NCBI GenBank assembly: GCA_017540645.1
Contig: JAFYAQ010000010.1
Span: forward strand, 25,785-89,784
DNA: 64,000 bases
Direction: 5' to 3'
Source of the DNA: Oscillospiraceae bacterium
Lineage (GTDB): Bacteria > Bacillota > Clostridia > Oscillospirales > Oscillospiraceae
The translations under genes were made by a program, and so were the position numbers. Below, one piece after another: positions 54,011 through 62,673 of the stretch. The notes beneath the pieces were generated by a model. The model worked only from the letters and a program-made list of their open reading frames with translations. It searched no databases and was not told the DNA's origin. Numbering within the stretch: position 1 is the first letter of the stretch; each line of letters begins with the position of its first letter.

Positions 54011-55369
54011 GTGAAAAGCATGAACCAATCGATACCAAACTACCACTGGCAATTCCCCGGTCAGCGCATCGTCAAAACCAGCGCCGCGGTGACCCTTTGC
54101 CTGCTCTTCTATACGCTGATCGGCTATCCGGCGGGGAGCATCCCCGCCGAGGCGGCCATCACCGCCATCATCTGTATACAGCCCTACGCCCATGACACCC
54201 GGGAGAGCGGGCTCAGCCGGCTGTGGGGAACGCTGATCGGCGCGGTCTGGGGCTTTTTGTTCCTGCTGGGCATGAGCCTCTCCCCCTCCCTGGGGACCCG
54301 GAGCTTCCTTCTCTATCCTCTGATGGGTCTGGGCACCCTGGCTGCCCTGCACAGCGCCGTGCTGCTGCGCCGGCCGGATGTCTCCGGTCTGGCGGCCATC
54401 GTTTTCATCTGCGTGGTGATCGCCTATCCCGAGATCGGAGATCCGCTGCGGCAGGCCTTCCTCCGCATCCTGGACGTGCTGCTGGGGACCGCCGTGGCCA
54501 TCGGGATCAACAGCATCCATCTGCCCCGGGTCAAGCGGGAGAACAAAGTGTTCTTTCTCCCCATGCATCTTCTGACCGACGACCGCTTTTCCCAGCTGGA
54601 CGCACCGGTGCTGTTCCGGCTGCAGAGCCTTCTGCGGGACGGGGCCAGGATCTGCCTGATGTCGGAGCACGCCCCGGCCTTCCAGGCCTCCCAGCTGGGG
54701 GCGGTGAAAGGCAGCGTGCCCATGATCGTCATGGACGGCGCGGCCATTTACGATCCCAACGAAAACGAATACGTGGCGACGACGAAGCTGCATCCCGCCT
54801 CCTGCCGCTGGCTGATGAAGCGGCTGGAGGACCAGAGCTACTTCATTTACACGATCCACCGGGACCGGAACTGCATCTATCACCACGGAGAGCTGACGGA
54901 GCTGGAGAACGCAGTCTACCGCCGTCTGAAGCGCTCCCCTTACCGCTATTATCTGGACGACGACCGTTTCTCGGCCTCGGACGTGGTGTACATCAAGCTG
55001 GTCACCGGCTGGGAGCAGGCAGACCGGCTGCAGCGGGAGCTGGCGCCGATGCTGGAAAAAATGAAGCTGCGCTCCGTCCTCCGGCCCCAGGCCGATCCGG
55101 CGGAGGGCTGCGCCCTGTACTTCTACGCCGCCCACGCGGATATGGAGCACGCCCAGGCCCACCTGATGCAGCTTTTGCGGCAGAAGGATCCGGGGCTGGA
55201 GCCGTGCGACATGACCGGGGACCGGGAATACCGCAGCCAGGCGGACGCCGTCCGTCTGCTGCAGGAGCTGGGGCGGGAGTACGAGCCCCTGGCCTTCCCG
55301 GAGCTGTGGAAAAACCGGCCCCTGCACAGGGCCGGGCATCCGGCGAGGCTGTCCCACGACAGAGCATAA
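54011..55369 (+). CDS. FUSC-like membrane domain fused to a Cof/HAD-like soluble domain
   Basis: N-terminal ~165 aa with 4-5 TM helices (RIVKTSAAVTLCLLFY..LWGTLIGAVWGFLFLLG). The C-terminal part contains a Cof-like PMIVMDGAAIYD block, but I see no DxD nucleophile motif. Confidence 0.6.
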   Translation: MKSMNQSIPNYHWQFPGQRIVKTSAAVTLCLLFYTLIGYPAGSIPAEAAITAIICIQPYAHDTRESGLSRLWGTLIGAVWGFLFLLGMSLSPSLGTRSFLLYPLMGLGTLAALHSAVLLRRPDVSGLAAIVFICVVIAYPEIGDPLRQAFLRILDVLLGTAVAIGINSIHLPRVKRENKVFFLPMHLLTDDRFSQLDAPVLFRLQSLLRDGARICLMSEHAPAFQASQLGAVKGSVPMIVMDGAAIYDPNENEYVATTKLHPASCRWLMKRLEDQSYFIYTIHRDRNCIYHHGELTELENAVYRRLKRSPYRYYLDDDRFSASDVVYIKLVTGWEQADRLQRELAPMLEKMKLRSVLRPQADPAEGCALYFYAAHADMEHAQAHLMQLLRQKDPGLEPCDMTGDREYRSQADAVRLLQELGREYEPLAFPELWKNRPLHRAGHPARLSHDRA

Positions 55370-55446
55370 CAGTGAATAAAGCATCCGCCCTCCCCTGCCG
55401 CTGACGGCAGGGGAGGGCGGATGCTTTATGTGATTTTTCGGCCCGC

Positions 55447-55698
55447 TTATTCCCGGGCCTTGACCTGTTCCAGGGCCCGGGCCAGCTGGTCCGGGCAGGA
55501 GGTGGGCCTGAAGCCGCAGCGGATGCCCTTCAGCCGGGCAATGACCTCATCCACGTCCATGCCCTCGGCCAGAGCCGCCACACCCTGGGTATTGCCGTTG
55601 CAGCCATCCACGAAATGGATGTTGTGGACCTTCCCGTCCACCACGTCGAAATGGATCTCCCGTGAGCAGGTGCCCCGGGTCTTATAAGAATAGTCCAT
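55447..55698 (-). CDS. TSCPD domain protein (TIGR03905-like)
   Basis: 83 aa; TRGTCSREIHFDV.DGKV..I.F..GCNGNTQG...L..G..V.EVI..L.GI.CG..PTSCPDQLA. Confidence 0.85.
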   Translation of the reverse strand: MDYSYKTRGTCSREIHFDVVDGKVHNIHFVDGCNGNTQGVAALAEGMDVDEVIARLKGIRCGFRPTSCPDQLARALEQVKARE

Positions 55699-55722
55699 GT
55701 GTTCTCCTTCCTATATAAAACC

Positions 55723-55753
55723 GTTTTTGAGGCAGCTTTGCCGCCTCAAAAAC
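55723..55753 (-). terminator. Intrinsic terminator after the DUF4956 gene
   Basis: gtttttgaggc / gcctcaaaaac stem; on the minus strand it is followed by ggTTTTaTaTa. Confidence 0.7.
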
Positions 55754-55833
55754 ACCCAAGGCGAGCCAAGCGAGCCCTCGCGCCGACCAAAGCGGCCTAT
55801 AGCCGCTGCGGCAAAGCTGCGCTTTGCCATGGA

Positions 55834-56505
55834 TCAGAGCAGGGTACTGCCGTTGTAGCCGATGATGTTCACGTCCGACACGCCCTCCACGTTCAGCAGG
55901 GACTCCAGGGCGTTCATCTGCTTTTCATTGAGCTTGGCCTCGATCACAAGCTCGGTCTCGTCCACGTTGCTGGAGCGGCTCTTGAGCTTGAAGCGGCCCA
56001 GGGAGTTGACCCGGGAGCGCACCGCGTTGGCCGCCTTTTCCTCATAGCGGATGACCGCCAGATAGGAGTTGCCGTGGAGCCGTCCGGTGAAGAGCTGCAC
56101 CAGCATGAACAGCACGCCCAGCAGCAGGGTGGCCAGGATGGCCACGGTCACATAGCCCGCGCCGGTGATGATGCCCGCCACGATGCTCCAGAACATGAAC
56201 ACCGTATCCATGGGGTCCTTAATGGCCGTGCGGAAACGCACGATGCTCAGAGCGCCCACCATGCCCAGGGACAGCACCACATTGGAGCGCACCGTCAAAA
56301 TGGCAAGACTGGTGACCATGGAGAGCATCACCAGCGACAGGGCAAAGCTCCGGGAGAAGCTGACGCCCGTGAAGGTCAGGCGGTAGACCACCAGCACGAA
56401 CACGCCCAGCAGGAAGCTCAGGGCCAGGGTGGTGACCAGGCTGCCCACGGAGATGGCGGTGAATTCCTCGGTGAATTTGTTTTTGATCAGATCAGCAATA
56501 CTCAT
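55834..56505 (-). CDS. DUF4956 domain membrane protein
   Basis: 223 aa; LSLGMVGALSIVRFRTAIKDPMDTVFMFW is the DUF4956 core. Confidence 0.8.
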   Translation of the reverse strand: MSIADLIKNKFTEEFTAISVGSLVTTLALSFLLGVFVLVVYRLTFTGVSFSRSFALSLVMLSMVTSLAILTVRSNVVLSLGMVGALSIVRFRTAIKDPMDTVFMFWSIVAGIITGAGYVTVAILATLLLGVLFMLVQLFTGRLHGNSYLAVIRYEEKAANAVRSRVNSLGRFKLKSRSSNVDETELVIEAKLNEKQMNALESLLNVEGVSDVNIIGYNGSTLL

Positions 56506-56518
56506 TTTTTATCCCTCA

Positions 56519-57199
56519 CTATTCCAAAATGCTCAGGCATTGGGTGTACTTGGATACGGCGCAGCGCTGCTTGGTGACGCCCATCAGCAGCTCCCGCACC
56601 GGGGCGGGGAGAAAGGCGTCGTACTTTACCTCCAGCACCGCCTGTCCCGGCTCCAGCACCGGGACGGTCAGAAGGCGCTTGTCAAAGGCGTCGGTGGCAA
56701 AGGGGGCGGTGCGGACATTCATGTCGATGGTCACCCGGACGTTCCCCACGTCGTAGGTGTAGGCCCAGCGGTCGTAGTCCACGATCACCACCGGCTTCCA
56801 GACCCCCTGGCGGAGCCGTCCCAGCTCCCCGGCCAGCCCCGGGAGCTTGGGCAGGGCCCGGTGCCCGTCCAGAAACGCCTGGGCCCCCCGGCGGGAGAGC
56901 CGGACGGATTCCTTGCCGGTCATGTCCCCGTTTTTCATCTTCTTTTCCAGGAAGATGACCTTGTCGCTCATGTTGTAAAAGCGGATGCGGTATTTGGTCC
57001 GCTCCTTTACGCCGTCCAGCTTTTCCCGGTAGGCGGTGTAGTCCGGATCGTCAAAATACACGCTGCGGATAAAGTAGCTTCCGTCCGCCCGGGCGTGGGA
57101 GTCGGGTTTCAGCAGGGCCGGCAGACGCCGCTTCAGCAGCTCTGCCTCCAGGAGATTGATGATGAATTTCACCTCATGGCGATTGACCGTTCTGTCCAT
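56519..57199 (-). CDS. VTC-domain (polyphosphate polymerase-like) protein
   Basis: Start at MDRTVNRHEVKFII (ATG 57199). YFIRSVYFDDPDY..RTKYRIRFY pattern of bacterial VTC/CYTH-like domains. Confidence 0.8.
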   Translation of the reverse strand: MDRTVNRHEVKFIINLLEAELLKRRLPALLKPDSHARADGSYFIRSVYFDDPDYTAYREKLDGVKERTKYRIRFYNMSDKVIFLEKKMKNGDMTGKESVRLSRRGAQAFLDGHRALPKLPGLAGELGRLRQGVWKPVVIVDYDRWAYTYDVGNVRVTIDMNVRTAPFATDAFDKRLLTVPVLEPGQAVLEVKYDAFLPAPVRELLMGVTKQRCAVSKYTQCLSILE

Positions 57200-57210
57200 G
57201 CTCTCCCCCC

Positions 57211-58653
57211 TCACTGTCCCGGCGTGGGCGCGGTCTCGGTCCACGCGCCGTCCACCATGGCCCAGGAGGCGTCGTCCGCCACCAGGGGCACGGTCACCTG
57301 GTGGGCCAGGATGCCCACCGGGGTCATCAGCGTGACGGTCTCCTGGGCGGAGACGGCGAAGTCCGTATGGAGCTCTCCCTCCGTCCGGTCCTTGCCGGAG
57401 GCGAAGATCACCAGGCGCTCTCCGGGAGCGAGGCTCACCGCCGGGATGCGCCAGCGGGCCAGGTCCTCCGGATCGTCGGAGAGATACCAGCCCTCCAGGG
57501 AGACGCTCTCCTCCCCTTCGTTCATCAGCTCGATCCAATCGCGGAACTCCCCGTCGGCATCCCGGAGGCCGCTCAGATTCCGGGGATTGACCTCGGTGAT
57601 GCGGATCTTCACATCGGCGTAGCCGGTGGAGGCAAGCCACGCGGCATAGCCCGTCTCCGTGTTCTCATACCCCGGCGTGGGGGTGTTGGTCACGGTCCAG
57701 GTCCCGTCGATCCGGGCGTAGGAATTATCGTCCATCAGATAGGGCAGGCTCACCCGGTCCAGCACGTTTCCGTTCCTGTCCGTGAGCAGCACGCTCTCCC
57801 CGCCCTGTTTGCTGAGCCGGAAGGGGGCGTGGTCCGCGCCTTTCGTCTCATCGCCGGAGCACCACACCAGAAGCCGCCCTCCGGGCGCCAGCACGCTGCC
57901 CTCCGGGAAGGTATATCGTCCCTCGCCCTCCCGGTCCGTCAGGTGCATGCCCGAGAGGTCCGCGCTCTCGGCGCCGCTGTTCTCGATCTCCACCCAGTCG
58001 CAGGGCAGACCGTCCGGCCCGCATATCAGCTTTTCGGCGGACATAAGCTCGCTGAGCCGCACTTCCCCGGAGCCCAGCCCCGCGGCGGCCAGATACGCCT
58101 GATAGCCCGCCTCCGTATTCTCATAGCCCGGCGTGGGGGTGTTGGTCACGGTCAGGCCCCCGTCCGCCGTGCGGATGACGGCCATGTTCCGGGGGGAGCG
58201 CAGGGTCTCGATCTGATCCAGAACGGTGTTGGCGCTGTTCATCAGCAGCAGCGTCTCCCCGCCCTGGGCCTTCAGGGAGAAGGGAGCATAGAAGGCCCCG
58301 CTCCCCTCCGGATCGCACCAGACCACGATATGCCCGCCCGCCGGCAGCACCGTGCCCACGGGAAAGGCGTACTTTGCCTTGGTCATATCGTCCGTCAGCC
58401 GGTAGCCGGAGAGGTTGAAGGGCGCGTCCGCGCTGTTTTCGATCTCCACCCAGTCGCTACAGCGGCCGTCCGGGCCGGGGTAAGCGGTGTTTTTGGCCAT
58501 GTACTCGCTGATGCGCAGGGGCGTCTGCCCCCCGTCCGCCCGGTCCGCGGCGGGAGCGCCGCCGCCGAACAGCAGCGCGATGCCCAGCGTCAGAGCCAGC
58601 GCCGCGATGCTCACCAGCAGGACCAGTATGTACTTTTTCCTGGATATGGGCAT
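57211..58653 (-). CDS. Membrane-anchored protein with three lamin-tail-domain (LTD) repeats
   Basis: N-terminal anchor KKYILVLLVSIAALALTLGIALLF, then three ~140-aa LTD units (..DWVEIENS.., ..DWVEIENS.., ..DWIELMNE..) joined by near-identical TVTNTPTPGYENTE(A/T)GY linkers. Confidence 0.8.
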   Translation of the reverse strand: MPISRKKYILVLLVSIAALALTLGIALLFGGGAPAADRADGGQTPLRISEYMAKNTAYPGPDGRCSDWVEIENSADAPFNLSGYRLTDDMTKAKYAFPVGTVLPAGGHIVVWCDPEGSGAFYAPFSLKAQGGETLLLMNSANTVLDQIETLRSPRNMAVIRTADGGLTVTNTPTPGYENTEAGYQAYLAAAGLGSGEVRLSELMSAEKLICGPDGLPCDWVEIENSGAESADLSGMHLTDREGEGRYTFPEGSVLAPGGRLLVWCSGDETKGADHAPFRLSKQGGESVLLTDRNGNVLDRVSLPYLMDDNSYARIDGTWTVTNTPTPGYENTETGYAAWLASTGYADVKIRITEVNPRNLSGLRDADGEFRDWIELMNEGEESVSLEGWYLSDDPEDLARWRIPAVSLAPGERLVIFASGKDRTEGELHTDFAVSAQETVTLMTPVGILAHQVTVPLVADDASWAMVDGAWTETAPTPGQ

Positions 58654-58779
58654 GGCTCAACCTCGATCATTCAATGTCAGAAAGATATTTTACAACATTA
58701 TCCGCCGGTATTCAAGTTATTTTCACAGCAACCGTCCCCGGCGGCAGATCTTGTCCGCGGGGTGCTCGCGGGACAGGGG

Positions 58780-59067
58780 TGCATCCCCTGTCCCAGAACC
58801 GTTGATCAAAGATCCGTTCTCGTTTTGGAGTATCTGAAAGGGAAGAGCAGCATCATGATCTTCGAGAGGCACGCGAATCTGAAGTATCGGTATGGGAATC
58901 GGAAGTTCTGGTGTACGGGATACTACGTGAGTACAGTAGGCCGAAACGAAAAACAGATCCAGGAGTATATCAAGAACCAAATGCAAGAAGACTACCTGGA
59001 AGATCAAATGAGTATCAAGGAATACGTTGACCCGTTTACGGGTCAGCCAGTAGAAAAGGGCAAATAA
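58780..59067 (+). mobile_element. tnpA: IS200/IS605-family tnpA remnant (C-terminal half only)
   Basis: ..LEYLKGKSSIMIFERHANLKYRYGNRKFWCTGYYVSTVGRNEKQIQEYIKNQMQEDY.. matches the C-terminal ~85 aa of Y1 (HUH) transposases. The N-terminal HUH half is absent. Hairpins at 59072-59092 and 59174-59196 follow. Confidence 0.75.
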
Positions 59068-59270
59068 ACGACAGCCCCTCTGTGAGGGGCTGCCGGAAAA
59101 TGAATTGCGGTCGGCAACTTTTTCAAGGGCCTTCAGGCCCAGGCCAGTATTATGGCCTTATAGGCCTAGTGCAAACCACGGGCTTTGCCCGTGGTTATGA
59201 TTGAGTTCGCCCGGCGAGCACGCTCAAAAAGAGAGTCCATATAGCTTGAACAATGGGAATGAGGATGGGG

Positions 59271-59317
59271 AGTCTCATTTCGCGTCTCTCCGTGAGACAT
59301 TGAGACAGAAACGAGAC
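59271..59317. promoter_or_regulatory. Cluster of GTCTC/GAGAC inverted repeats (candidate UAS of the second PrpR paralogue)
   Basis: AGTCTCA 59271, CGTCTCT 59283, TGAGACA 59293, TGAGACA 59301, CGAGACA 59312. The centre is ~142 bp upstream of the -24 element. Confidence 0.5.
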
Positions 59318-59435
59318 AAAAAGGAACGGGCGAGAGGCATAAGAGAGTCCTGAAGGGAGCCACGCTGCTGCAACAATCGGCGTAAAACCACAAATAATAC
59401 AGATTTTTAAAAATCTTTTTAAAAAAGCAATGAGT

Positions 59436-59451
59436 TGGCACGAAACTTGCA
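59436..59451 (+). promoter_or_regulatory. Sigma-54 (-24/-12) promoter
   Basis: TGGCAC gaaac TTGCA, a perfect consensus, 55 nt upstream of the MFS gene ATG. Confidence 0.8.
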
Positions 59452-59505
59452 TATTGTTTAATTGGAAGCTTCCAAGCAATAAAAAACGAATAGGGAGGAA
59501 TCATC

Positions 59506-60705
59506 ATGAACGAAACGAAAAAGAAAAAGTCATTCTTTGAAATCGCGAACAAGAACTTTATCATGCTCTTTATCGCGTACACCGTCATCTGCGTGACCCA
59601 CTCCATGACCAACTCCGCCACCGGCGCCGGCTGGCGTTTGGCTGGCATGGATTTGACCACCATCGGGCTGATTGCCAGCGCAATGAGCTGGGCCGCCTTC
59701 ATTATCCGCCCCATCTCTGCGCCCATCGCCGACCGTCTCAATAAAAAGACCATTTATATCTTCGCAGTTGCCGCCCTTGTTGTCGCTGTATTTATGTACT
59801 CACTCAGCATGAACAACCCCGCTTTCGCCGCCCCCGCCAAAATCATCCACGGCATCGCATGGACCTTCATCTCCACGATCACCGCGGTTGTCGTCAGCGA
59901 GTATGTTCCTCGGGAGGATCTTGGTACTGCCATGGGCTTCTTCATGATCTCTCAGATGCTGGCTTCCGCCATTTCCCAGCCCATCGCTTTCGCTCTGGCC
60001 GCCCGTATGGGCTACGCCTCCATGCTGCTGGTGTTCACCGGCATTGCCTTCCTCGGCCTGATCCTGATCTGCTTTACCGCTCCTACCAAGGCCCCCCAGC
60101 GCGTAGAGGGCAAGTCCGTCTTCAGCGGCATCACTCTGAAAAACCTGTTTGCCGTGGAGGCCGTCCCCGCCATGCTGATCAACACCGCCTTCCAGGGCAC
60201 CCGCACCGGCATCACCGTGTTCATGGCCGCGTTCGCTTTGGAGGAGTTGGGCATAGCCAACATCGGCGTGTTCGCCACGGCCGCCTCTCTGGTGGGATGG
60301 GTCTCCCGTCCGGCTCTGGGCGTCCTGCTGGATAAGAAAGGTCCCATCGCCACCCTGATCCCCGCCGCCGCCTGCTTCTCTCTGAGTCTGCTGTGCCTGG
60401 CTCTGGCGCAGAACATCGGCTGGTTCATCCTCGCCGGCGTGCTCTGCGGCATCGGCCAGAACGGCATCTCCCCCGTGCTGATGGCCATCTCCATGCGTAC
60501 CGTCCCTGAGGAGCGCAAGGCCGCCGCCAACTCCACCAACTATCTGGGAATGGATATCGGCTCCGCCATTGCCAGCACGGTGGGCGGTTTTCTGAGCGCC
60601 ACCTTCGGCTACCGCGTCGGCTTCGGCGTGTTCATTGTCCCCGTAGTGCTGGTCACCATTCTCGCGGTCATCATCCTGCGCAAGCCCGCCAAAACGGAAG
60701 CTTGA
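59506..60705 (+). CDS. MFS transporter
   Basis: 399 aa, 12 TM layout, RBS GGAGGA. Confidence 0.85.
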   Translation: MNETKKKKSFFEIANKNFIMLFIAYTVICVTHSMTNSATGAGWRLAGMDLTTIGLIASAMSWAAFIIRPISAPIADRLNKKTIYIFAVAALVVAVFMYSLSMNNPAFAAPAKIIHGIAWTFISTITAVVVSEYVPREDLGTAMGFFMISQMLASAISQPIAFALAARMGYASMLLVFTGIAFLGLILICFTAPTKAPQRVEGKSVFSGITLKNLFAVEAVPAMLINTAFQGTRTGITVFMAAFALEELGIANIGVFATAASLVGWVSRPALGVLLDKKGPIATLIPAAACFSLSLLCLALAQNIGWFILAGVLCGIGQNGISPVLMAISMRTVPEERKAAANSTNYLGMDIGSAIASTVGGFLSATFGYRVGFGVFIVPVVLVTILAVIILRKPAKTEA

Positions 60706-60806
60706 ACCCGGTTTTCAATTCAAGAAAAAGCTGATATACTGTTTCCTGTCTGAGACATCAACAGCATCGTTAGGCCGAGCCGTTAACGGACAGATGGGAG
60801 CGAAAA

Positions 60807-62672
60807 ATGGATCATAAACACATCGTCATCATTACCTCCGAGCCAGCCGCCGCAGAAACCGCCAAGAGCGTCATGCGGGAGTTCTCTGTAGATTACCCGG
60901 TGGTTCTCGCCGAGCTTGAGGAGCTGCGGGAGGTGTCCCGGCGGCTGGTGGATGAGGGAGTCCGGGTGATTATTGCCTTCGGCCTGTTTGCAAAGGTCAT
61001 TCGCCAAAGCGTGGATATCCCGGTCATCATGGTGGATCTACTGCCCGAGGACGTGCTGGACGGACTGCTCCGCGCGTCAAGAATCGGAAACCGCATCGCC
61101 ATTTTCGGATTTAAAAAGGTTCTCCGAGATGTACTTACGATCCGCGAACTGCTGCGTATTGAGCTGATCGACATACCGACCGTGATGCCGGATCAGCTGC
61201 CCGAGAAATTCCGCAGCTTGACGGATGTGGATGTGGTCGTAGGAGGATACTACCAGGCAAAGATAGCCAGCCAGTACCATCTGCCTTATGTACTTGTAGA
61301 GCCTCGCGCCTCGGAGATTGCAAAGGCCATCTCCATGGCGCAGGCACACATGGAGCGAACAAAGGAAAACGGCTCGGTGGGCAGCGAGGTGGTTCCCAAT
61401 TCTTCCATTTACGCCTTTCTTACTCTTGACAGGCAGGGCAATATCATCCTGCTGAATCGGCTAGCCTCAGAATATCTGAATATCAGCCACCTGACGCAGG
61501 TTTCCTTTTCCATGGAGAGCGTGTGCCCTCAATTCACAAGGGTGTCGGACGTACTCTCCAACGGTCAGGCATATCTGAATCAGGTCGCCCGGATCGGGGA
61601 CAAGGTGTTCCTATACCATGCGGAACCGATTTTCAACGGAGAGAAGCTGGAGGGCGTTTCCGTCACCTTCCAGGACGCGGAAACGGTGCGGGGCGCCGAG
61701 ATCAGCATTCGCCGCAATCTGGCCGCCTCTACCAATCAGACGAGGTATTCGCTGGATCAGATCATCGGCCGGAGCGCGAGCATGTCCCGGGCGCTCAAAA
61801 TGGCGACGCGCTTTGCCCGGGCGGAAGAGACCGTACTGATCCTCGGCGAGACCGGCGTCGGCAAGGAGTTGTTTGCCCAAGGCATCCACAGCTCCAGCAG
61901 CCGCGCCAACGGCCCCTTTGTGGCGATCAACTGCGCCTCGCTGCCCGAGAGCATTCTGGAAAGCGAGCTGTTCGGCTATGTCCGCGGCGCCTTTACCGGT
62001 GCGAACCGGGAGGGAAAGCGCGGCCTGTTTGAGAATGCCCACACCGGAACGATCTTTCTGGATGAGATCGGCGAGCTCTCCCCCGCTCTCCAGGGAAAGT
62101 TGCTGCGCGTTTTGCAGGAGAGGAACATCCGACGGATCGGCGGAGAAAACCTCATCCCCGTGGATATCCGCGTGATTGCCGCAACCAACTGCGATCTGGT
62201 GTCCATGGTGCGGGAGGGGAGCTTCCGGGGCGACCTATATTTCCGACTCAATGTACTGTGCCTGCACATCCCGCCGTTGCGGGAGCGGCGCGAAGATATC
62301 GTCCTTTTGGCCGAGTACTTTCTTGCCGAGGCCGCCCTCCACAAGCATCGCTCTTTCTCCTTTACCGAGGAAGCGCGAAGAGCCATGCGGGAGTATGACT
62401 GGCCGGGCAATGTGCGGGAGCTGCAGAACATGGTGCAGCGCGTCGCCGTAATCACCGACACGCCCCAGATCGAGGAATGGCTGATCCGAAATTATATGGA
62501 AGAAAACAGCGGCCTGTCGGCGCCCAGAGAATCAAAAGCCACCGAGCCGCCAAAACGGTACACGCTTGAGGAAGCATTGGAGAGAGCCGGAGGCAACAAG
62601 CAGAAGGCCGCTGAGCTGTTGGGCGTGAGCCGCGCAACCTTTTATCGTATGCTGAAGCGAAAGGAGCCATGA
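60807..62672 (+). CDS. Sigma-54-dependent transcriptional activator, PrpR family (paralogue of 20964-22877)
   Basis: 621 aa; PrpR_N-like N-terminus, GETGVGKELFAQGIH, ESELFGYVRGAFTGA, GTIFLDEI, C-terminal HTH AAELLGVSRATFYRMLK. Confidence 0.9.
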   Translation: MDHKHIVIITSEPAAAETAKSVMREFSVDYPVVLAELEELREVSRRLVDEGVRVIIAFGLFAKVIRQSVDIPVIMVDLLPEDVLDGLLRASRIGNRIAIFGFKKVLRDVLTIRELLRIELIDIPTVMPDQLPEKFRSLTDVDVVVGGYYQAKIASQYHLPYVLVEPRASEIAKAISMAQAHMERTKENGSVGSEVVPNSSIYAFLTLDRQGNIILLNRLASEYLNISHLTQVSFSMESVCPQFTRVSDVLSNGQAYLNQVARIGDKVFLYHAEPIFNGEKLEGVSVTFQDAETVRGAEISIRRNLAASTNQTRYSLDQIIGRSASMSRALKMATRFARAEETVLILGETGVGKELFAQGIHSSSSRANGPFVAINCASLPESILESELFGYVRGAFTGANREGKRGLFENAHTGTIFLDEIGELSPALQGKLLRVLQERNIRRIGGENLIPVDIRVIAATNCDLVSMVREGSFRGDLYFRLNVLCLHIPPLRERREDIVLLAEYFLAEAALHKHRSFSFTEEARRAMREYDWPGNVRELQNMVQRVAVITDTPQIEEWLIRNYMEENSGLSAPRESKATEPPKRYTLEEALERAGGNKQKAAELLGVSRATFYRMLKRKEP

Positions 62673-62673
62673 T

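Noticed and set aside
57301-59067. 588-aa + strand ORF
   Set aside because: Only the last ~90 codons (the IS200-type tnpA C-terminus) are meaningful. The rest is antisense to the LTD gene.
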